Positions 58,698 through 64,000 of a DNA stretch of 64,000 nucleotides are shown in pieces. This DNA comes from a virus, in the IMG/VR virus record IMGVR_UViG_3300032322_001562, positions 4,769-68,768 of that record; one strand, 5' to 3'. The translations under genes were made by a program, and so were the position numbers. The notes beneath the pieces are model-generated. The model did not search any database. It was not told the DNA's origin and worked only from the letters and a program-made list of their open reading frames with translations. How positions within the stretch are numbered: the first letter of the stretch is position 1; the number at the start of each line of letters is the position of its first letter.

Positions 58698-60118
58698 TAT
58701 CTTACCCTAAAAATTCTGCCTGCAGGCCGGCTGTTCGGACTAGTAACTCCTAGCTTACGGTCTGCAAAGCTTTTTGCTCGTATTTTTCCTCCGCTAAACC
58801 CTGGAGGCGGCTTAATCAGTAGTGCTGTGAGAGCGTGAACCAGTGCGTCCACTCGGTCAGGAGATTTTCCTTCGCCAGGAATCCACGAGTACATTTGAGA
58901 CTCTAGGTCTTGCAAATAGCCGACGTGGTGAACTCTCTGTTGTTCATAAGCTAGAACTGTAGGCTCAGCTCTTAGAGCTTTTCCATGCTTTGAGTGAACC
59001 TCAAGAACGTTAATAGTTGGGTCGATTGAGTTGATTGCGTTGCGTACAAGTGCGCCACCCTGATTAACTTCGGCAACGACGGGACAACCCCACTTACGAG
59101 CCATCTCCACAACTTTACGTGCCCAGGTATCTGGGGAACCATGAATTGTAGCGTCTTCAAGAACCCAAGCATTGCGCTTAAAGAGGTCTGGTTCTGCAGT
59201 CGCAGCGCAGACAACAATGCCACATTCGTCGCGGGGATTCTCAGCAACAGAAGGGTCCACGCCGATAATACGTAGCGGAGTAACAGGAGGGTAAGCCACG
59301 TGTCTAGCCGCTTCAACCATTTCTTCATTCCAAAGTGCTCCTTCAATGTCGTCGAGCATCTCTCCATAAAGTTCCTGACGTGCAAGCGTCGTGCCTTCGT
59401 AGACGCCCATGATTGTGTCAAGGTATGCCTGCGAAAGGTTTCCAGCATTGTCCAAAGTTGAACCCTTGGTAACAACAACCTTTGCCCCGTTCGGATTGTC
59501 GGTACGGGATTCTTCAATAAGTTTGTAAAGCAGCGGAACTCGCTTAGGGGTGGTGGTGCAGATGATCTGCGGATTGCGACCAAGACGAGTGCCAACACGA
59601 AGGTTGTCAAAGGCGGTCATACCTGCGGCATCTGGAGTCTGACGCCAAGCTGCAATCTCATCGCCCCAAGCATGCGTGAACTGCGGACCACGGAGTGAGT
59701 CAGGCTCGTCAGCAGTAAAAAGAGTGGCAGTGTTTCCATTGGGCCAAGTTAAGCGACGCTTCGACGGCTCGTAGTGTGGTTTTTCGGAAGGAGGAGAAAC
59801 TGCGATAATTCCAGACTCACCTTCAACGATAACGTCACGCACGTCAGCGGCGGTACGAGCAACGAGCGCGAAGCGGCGCTGTCCGTCTTTTGTAACTTTG
59901 GCCTGTTCGCGGACCCACTCGGATGCAAGGCGGGTTTTACCAAAACCACGACCAGCCAAAACTAGCCAGACGTTCCAGTCGCCATCTGGAGCTTTTTGCT
60001 CTGGACGCGCCCAGACGGACCAGTCCCAGACCAGAGACTCGGGATCCATCCCGTCAAGAATTGCTAGACGCTCCTCCTCTGGAAGGAGGGCGAGCTGTTC
60101 CATAATGCTTTTGCCCAT
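58697..60118 (-). CDS. terL: Terminase large subunit
   Basis: AGRGFGKT, LRGPQF..AW.DE, TTTP, RQELYGE, GVDP, SPDRVDALV. Confidence 0.95.
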   Translation of the reverse strand: MGKSIMEQLALLPEEERLAILDGMDPESLVWDWSVWARPEQKAPDGDWNVWLVLAGRGFGKTRLASEWVREQAKVTKDGQRRFALVARTAADVRDVIVEGESGIIAVSPPSEKPHYEPSKRRLTWPNGNTATLFTADEPDSLRGPQFTHAWGDEIAAWRQTPDAAGMTAFDNLRVGTRLGRNPQIICTTTPKRVPLLYKLIEESRTDNPNGAKVVVTKGSTLDNAGNLSQAYLDTIMGVYEGTTLARQELYGEMLDDIEGALWNEEMVEAARHVAYPPVTPLRIIGVDPSVAENPRDECGIVVCAATAEPDLFKRNAWVLEDATIHGSPDTWARKVVEMARKWGCPVVAEVNQGGALVRNAINSIDPTINVLEVHSKHGKALRAEPTVLAYEQQRVHHVGYLQDLESQMYSWIPGEGKSPDRVDALVHALTALLIKPPPGFSGGKIRAKSFADRKLGVTSPNSRPAGRIFRVR

Positions 60119-60140
60119 ACGTAATAGTCTACTGCTTTTG

Positions 60141-60213
60141 CTGCCCCACCTGGACTCGAACCAGGAATCATCAAATTAACAGTTTGCCGCGATGCCAATT
60201 TCGCCATGGGGCA
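60141..60213 (-). tRNA. tRNA-Asn(GTT), CCA not encoded
   Basis: Acceptor stem TGCCCCA/TGGGGCA, anticodon loop CT-GTT-AA, T arm CCTGG-TTCGAGT-CCAGG, discriminator G. Confidence 0.92.
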
Positions 60214-60218
60214 TAGTC

Positions 60219-60656
60219 TTAGGTGTTGGATATATATCTAAGAAGATTTTTTATGTTGTCAATACTATCACCTAAAAGCCCTAGGGAAGTATTGCACTGA
60301 GAGCATAAGACCCCACGCACGCACTTGCCGCATGAATAACTGCTAGGACAGCACTCATGGTTATGATCAATGTTAGTAGCAAGTCTAGAAAGGCACGAGT
60401 GGCAATTACCGCCGTGAATGTTTAGTAAATTTTGGTACTGATTTTGAGTAATTCCGTGCTTTTTCCAATTTGGCTTATAGTAAGTATTCATTCTTACTTT
60501 TTCAGCCTTTTTGTCTGGATTGTTTGCATAATAGCTAATCATGTAGTCAGTGTGACAACGTTTACACACATTGGCATATCCGCTTTTATTAGCCTTCTGC
60601 TTACGAAAAAAATTTAAATCTTTCTCGACATTGCATTTAGTGCATACTTTTTTCAT
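60219..60656 (-). CDS. Free-standing endonuclease VII-family (homing) endonuclease
   Basis: CTKC...CKRC N-terminus; HGIT...CHSC...IDHNH.CC...CGKCVRGVLCSQCN..LG; AT-rich; ATG 60656 lies 6 nt after TG-t-TACACT. Confidence 0.85.
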   Translation of the reverse strand: MKKVCTKCNVEKDLNFFRKQKANKSGYANVCKRCHTDYMISYYANNPDKKAEKVRMNTYYKPNWKKHGITQNQYQNLLNIHGGNCHSCLSRLATNIDHNHECCPSSYSCGKCVRGVLCSQCNTSLGLLGDSIDNIKNLLRYISNT

Positions 60657-60711
60657 GTTAACAGTGTAACACGTCTTGTTAAATAGCATTTGAGTCAGAG
60701 GGAAGTCTTTG

Positions 60712-60754
60712 AAAAAATATAACACCCCCGGGGAGTATTCCCATCGGGGGTGTT
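60712..60754 (-). terminator. Intrinsic terminator
   Basis: AACACCCCCG...CGGGGGTGTT stem followed by ATATTTTTT on the minus strand. Confidence 0.8.
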
Positions 60755-60940
60755 ATGAGTGAATAGGTGGGTTGCCTTTTACCACCAGGGCCTAGCTGTT
60801 ACGGTTCTGTAGATCCGCTTTTGAGCCCACCAGACGTTTGGTCTCTCACCGTCCTGCTAAGGACCGCCTGTGCCTTATCCGCCCCATACAGCTCCGCGGA
60901 TTATTCGGCCATACTCCAGCTCTCCCGTCGGATTGCTGTT
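60712..60940 (-). ncRNA. Candidate ~230-nt non-coding RNA
   Basis: GC-richer segment with no convincing ORF on its strand, bracketed by a promoter and a terminator. Confidence 0.55.
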
Positions 60941-60946
60941 GAACTT

Positions 60947-60975
60947 ATGGTAACACAAGTTTTGGAATGTTGCAA
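60947..60975 (-). promoter_or_regulatory. Sigma-A-type promoter TTGCAA-N17-TACCAT
   Basis: Near-consensus hexamers with an exact 17-nt spacer. Confidence 0.7.
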
Positions 60976-60990
60976 GCAACACGCCAAAAA

Positions 60991-61587
60991 TTAAAGAGCT
61001 CGGTTATCTTTAATAATTGGAGTGTAAACCTTGCTTCGTCCAGATTTAGGTTTGATGTATCCATACCTTGCAAGTCTGAACCGAATCGCGCCGTGCGTAA
61101 TTCCCAAGCGCTTAGCAAGTCTGTAAAGAGTTACCCCTTCAACCTTGTGTGCGTGGTTGAGAAGCGCTGTGTACTCTTCTGCTTCCTTGCGGTAGCGAGC
61201 GCCGTTAGCACGAACCTGCTGAGCGTAAGGCTGCAGCTCGAGAAGTTTTCTTAGCGTCTCTGCGCTTGGCTCTACGTACTCGCGCTTTGGACGCTCTGGC
61301 TTTACAGGTGGCTCTGGAATTTCAATGCCAAGCTTTTCCGTAAATTTTGGATCTGCGTTTGCAATTTGACGGATGCGCTCTCGGGTAAGACCGGAGGCGT
61401 TTGAAATTGCTTCGTAAGTCCAGTTTGCGTCAACCAGCTCGCGAATTAGTTGATCGCGGTAAGGAGCTCCTGGCTTTCTTTGGAAAGCAATCTCGATCTC
61501 TTTTGGTAAACGCTGGTTCTTTTTGATGTAGTTCTTTTCGTCGCTTAATGTTGTCATTCTTTTATTTTTCCTTTTCGTTTCGTCCAA
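60991..61587 (-). CDS. Double-HTH DNA-binding protein
   Basis: WTYEAIS.ASGLTRERIRQI and GVTLYRLAKRLGITHGAI. Confidence 0.8.
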   Translation of the reverse strand: MDETKRKNKRMTTLSDEKNYIKKNQRLPKEIEIAFQRKPGAPYRDQLIRELVDANWTYEAISNASGLTRERIRQIANADPKFTEKLGIEIPEPPVKPERPKREYVEPSAETLRKLLELQPYAQQVRANGARYRKEAEEYTALLNHAHKVEGVTLYRLAKRLGITHGAIRFRLARYGYIKPKSGRSKVYTPIIKDNRAL

Positions 61588-61882
61588 ATCTTTTGGTGTA
61601 TTTATTTTGTACCTCTGTGATTATAACCTGATAGTTTTCGATTTGCAAGGTCTCTGGGGTAGAAACTATCCGAACATCAACAACGTTGATCATTGACTCG
61701 ATAGTGTTTACCATTCTCTGCACCTCGTCGGCCATTGCTAGCTCGGGGCAGTAGATTTCGACCTCGCAGTCGTACATATCGAAAACGCCACTATGGGCGA
61801 TTTGGTCTCTGAAATCGTCCGCGTCTCTTGAGATTATTTTTGCTGTGTAGCTTTGGGGCAACTGGGTGGTCCTTTCGATCAT
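61562..61882 (-). CDS. Hypothetical protein
   Basis: ORF in the same-strand chain. Confidence 0.55.
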   Translation of the reverse strand: MIERTTQLPQSYTAKIISRDADDFRDQIAHSGVFDMYDCEVEIYCPELAMADEVQRMVNTIESMINVVDVRIVSTPETLQIENYQVIITEVQNKYTKRFGRNEKEK

Positions 61883-62012
61883 CTATTTCGATGTCGTTAG
61901 CATCGCGGGGGTATGTTACAAAAAACAATAAGGCAAGAAGCGTTATTAGCATCGGGCCTGATATGAAAACCACGGCCGTGGCGATTATAAAAGTTATAAG
62001 CGCCGCTTCCAT
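61791..62012 (-). CDS. Small membrane protein
   Basis: Hydrophobic N-terminus; AAGGAG SD; starts right after the upstream stop. Confidence 0.55.
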   Translation of the reverse strand: MEAALITFIIATAVVFISGPMLITLLALLFFVTYPRDANDIEIDDRKDHPVAPKLHSKNNLKRRGRFQRPNRP

Positions 62013-62177
62013 CTACTTCTCCTTGCCGGATAGAACTGCCAGCGCTACTGCGGAAATCGCGAGTGGCAAAGGCAGATGCGGATTTTGAAGCAGAGCCAAA
62101 GTAATAGACGCTACTACTGCCGTAATCGACAGAACGGACGTCCATACGATGGATCGTAGGAAGAGATAAAGTTTCAC
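62013..62177 (-). CDS. 54-aa two-TM membrane protein (not in ORF track)
   Basis: GTG start in a GTGA overlap; MKLYLFLRSIVWTSVLSITAVVASITLALLQNPHLPLPLAISAVALAVLSGKEK. Confidence 0.65.
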   Translation of the reverse strand: MKLYLFLRSIVWTSVLSITAVVASITLALLQNPHLPLPLAISAVALAVLSGKEK

Positions 62178-62323
62178 TTTCTAACCTTCTTTTTTGGTTG
62201 AACCACTCCGAGAAGTGGTTGTAGCCTGCGTCTCTTTCTCTTCTCGATGAAGTAAGAAAGCAGGAGTGGGATAACTATTGAGAAGCCTAAGGCGACCCAA
62301 GCTGCAATAATGTGTAGTTCCAT
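62174..62323 (-). CDS. 49-aa single-TM protein with basic tail (not in ORF track)
   Basis: MELHIIAAWVALGFSIVIPLLLSYFIEKRKRRRLQ...; TG-c-TAGGCT lies 6 nt before the ATG. Confidence 0.6.
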   Translation of the reverse strand: MELHIIAAWVALGFSIVIPLLLSYFIEKRKRRRLQPLLGVVQPKKKVRK

Positions 62324-62338
62324 GGCATTAGCCTAGCA

Positions 62339-63043
62339 CTAGTAGCGCACATACACAACCGTAATACCATTTTTTGCAAAACCATCTACGGTTTCCATAA
62401 CGGTATCAGCTGAATAGTTCTTGGCGTGTATAAACAGCCCACTTCCAACATAAACTCCGATATGGAACGCCGAGTTGCTCTTCCTGTACTTGAAGGCGAC
62501 TAGGTCTCCTGGAATAGGGGCGTCTACTATTTCACCCTCGCGCATCTGCGCTGTTGCGGAGTGTGGCAGCTCGATGCCGCGGAACTTTTGGTAGAACCAC
62601 ATCGTCAGACCGGAGCAGTCCCAGCGTTTGGGGTCATCGCCGAAGCCGTAAGGAGTTTTTCCTACATAGCTGATTAGTTTTTGAAGAGCCTTATCCATGG
62701 TCTCGTAGATTTCGCGTTGCTCCGCGAGCTCCATAAGGTTTTGCTGTTTTATCGCAGTAATCTTGGCATTTTTTTGCTCAAGAGTTAGCTCTAGATTTTC
62801 AATTCGATCGGACAGCTTTCCGATGTTTGGAAGCTGAGCCAGCAAATCAGTCTTAAGTGTTTTTGCTGGTGCTGTTGTCAAAGGTTCTAGAGATTGAGGC
62901 TGGAGTATCGGGCTGTACATCTCTCCAGAGGCCGAAGCCGCGTCCAGATCATAAACTGCGCTAGACGCAGAAACGAACAGCATTGCGAAGATAATGGAGA
63001 CAGTTAATCCATCTCTTCTTTTCTTTTTTGGATTGTCTAACAT
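62339..63043 (-). CDS. Secreted/anchored NlpC/P60 cell-wall peptidase
   Basis: Signal-like N-terminus, coiled coil, GKTPY.FG....WDCSGL, PGDLV.F, HIGVYVG.G.FIHA. Confidence 0.9.
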   Translation of the reverse strand: MLDNPKKKRRDGLTVSIIFAMLFVSASSAVYDLDAASASGEMYSPILQPQSLEPLTTAPAKTLKTDLLAQLPNIGKLSDRIENLELTLEQKNAKITAIKQQNLMELAEQREIYETMDKALQKLISYVGKTPYGFGDDPKRWDCSGLTMWFYQKFRGIELPHSATAQMREGEIVDAPIPGDLVAFKYRKSNSAFHIGVYVGSGLFIHAKNYSADTVMETVDGFAKNGITVVYVRY

Positions 63044-63125
63044 CAGACCTACCTTTCCTTGCGTTAGTTCTTGGTCTTATTTAGTTGTGGGAATATGTTA
63101 GTAGGGGCGTCTACTATTTGTCAAA

Positions 63126-63632
63126 TCAGAGTTTGATTCTCTTATACATGGCCCTATATGTTACACCAGCGGCCTGGGCCAGCTCCTTGATTGAAACGCC
63201 TTTCTGGTGTTGGAGGATGCACAGAGCTGTAAGGCGGTCATTCGCCACAGCGGCTGCGGAGGTAGTCGCCATCCGGGATCTATATGCCCTGGCAATGGGA
63301 GCTAGCTCTTGGATAGTCTCAAGGATGTCTTTTGGAATTCCTGGAGACTGTGGACGCCTCTTTTGATAGCCGCCCTCTGCCGTCTTTAGGCGAGGAGTCG
63401 GAATAGGGGCGTCTGTCCTGTTTAGGTTCGAAGCGGTCTTGGCTTTGATGACCCATGTGCGGATCGTAGTCTTTGGCCGCTTAGGCGAAAGTGCCTCTCC
63501 TATGTTTTGGAGAGACCAACCTGCATTAAACAGGTCGTAGACGCGGGCAGTTAACTGCTCAGCGGAGAGTGAGTTGAGAAGCTCAACCTCTGCCGGCGGT
63601 AGTTGCTGCCCTCGAGCAGTTCTACGAGACAT
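63126..63632 (-). CDS. Double-HTH DNA-binding protein, paralogue of 60991-61587
   Basis: GWSLQNIGEAL, GVSIKELAQAAGVTYRAM; shared Q.LP, P.P and EL.P.A..R layout. Confidence 0.8.
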   Translation of the reverse strand: MSRRTARGQQLPPAEVELLNSLSAEQLTARVYDLFNAGWSLQNIGEALSPKRPKTTIRTWVIKAKTASNLNRTDAPIPTPRLKTAEGGYQKRRPQSPGIPKDILETIQELAPIARAYRSRMATTSAAAVANDRLTALCILQHQKGVSIKELAQAAGVTYRAMYKRIKL

Positions 63633-64000
63633 GGGTTCTATTTTAAGGGGTGTTTTATGGTATTAGGGGGTAAAACGCCGAAATTTGTACTTTAGTAGAG
63701 ATTTTAGTACCCCTGGACGTTTTTTCTAAAAATTGGGGAGCGGGTAATAGGGGCGTTTAAAAAGAGGGGGTGGGGGTATTTTTAGAAATGAAGGGGGTGT
63801 CCGTAGCCGAAGATTTAGTACCTTAACGTCAACTGCTTTTGGCCTGTGAGAAGGCAGCGGTTATTGCGAACGCGTTCGCCAATTGTTTCCTAAACTCTGC
63901 ACGGGGCTAGTGCCAATTAGTATTTTTTGCTTTTGTGGGGTAGGGGGTCTATTTGTAGTTAGAGAACATAAAAGAATTGTTTGGTCTATAAATAAGCAAA

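Noticed and set aside
26273-60118. Many plus-strand ORFs opposite structural genes
   Set aside because: Antisense shadows without recognisable motifs.
60657-60725. Track's longer N-terminus for the endonuclease
   Set aside because: It runs through the terminator tail and promoter; ATG 60656 fits better.
60767-60994. 75-aa plus-strand ORF
   Set aside because: Opposite to all neighbours and to the promoter/terminator orientation, with no recognisable features.
61897-62145. 82-aa minus-strand ORF
   Set aside because: The alternate-frame 62013-62177 ORF has better coupling and a coherent membrane profile.

Overview
This window is a large part of a tailed dsDNA actinobacteriophage genome, siphovirus-like and probably lytic. 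WhiB, an MSMEG_6728-family gene and leaderless genes point to an actinobacterial host; the moderate GC suggests a freshwater one (inference). Layout: (1) 1-7.3 kb (+): collagen-like fibres, a Thr-rich mucin-like/Cys-rich protein, a radical SAM enzyme and a GT60-like GlcNAc transferase. (2) 7.4-10.9 kb (-): GT-like gene and primase-helicase. (3) 11.1-15.9 kb (+): membrane protein, metallophosphoesterase and a methyl/cytidylyl/glycosyltransferase cluster. (4) 15.8-26.3 kb (-): WhiB, recombination and replication genes. (5) 26.3-60.1 kb (-): tail, head, portal and terminase. (6) 60.1-64 kb (-): tRNA-Asn, endonuclease VII, a candidate ~230-nt ncRNA, two HTH paralogues and NlpC/P60. The most notable observations are: a complete endonuclease VII gene overprinted inside the SNF2 helicase with both frames open; a probable programmed -1 frameshift adding peptidase and ADP-ribosyltransferase domains to a 902-aa head-region protein; a mucin-like protein beside a radical SAM enzyme and a GT60 enzyme; a 1728-aa protease-containing putative polyprotein with a recurring candidate cleavage motif; and a promoter/terminator-bounded ncRNA. 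All family assignments come from motif recognition by eye, not from database searches.
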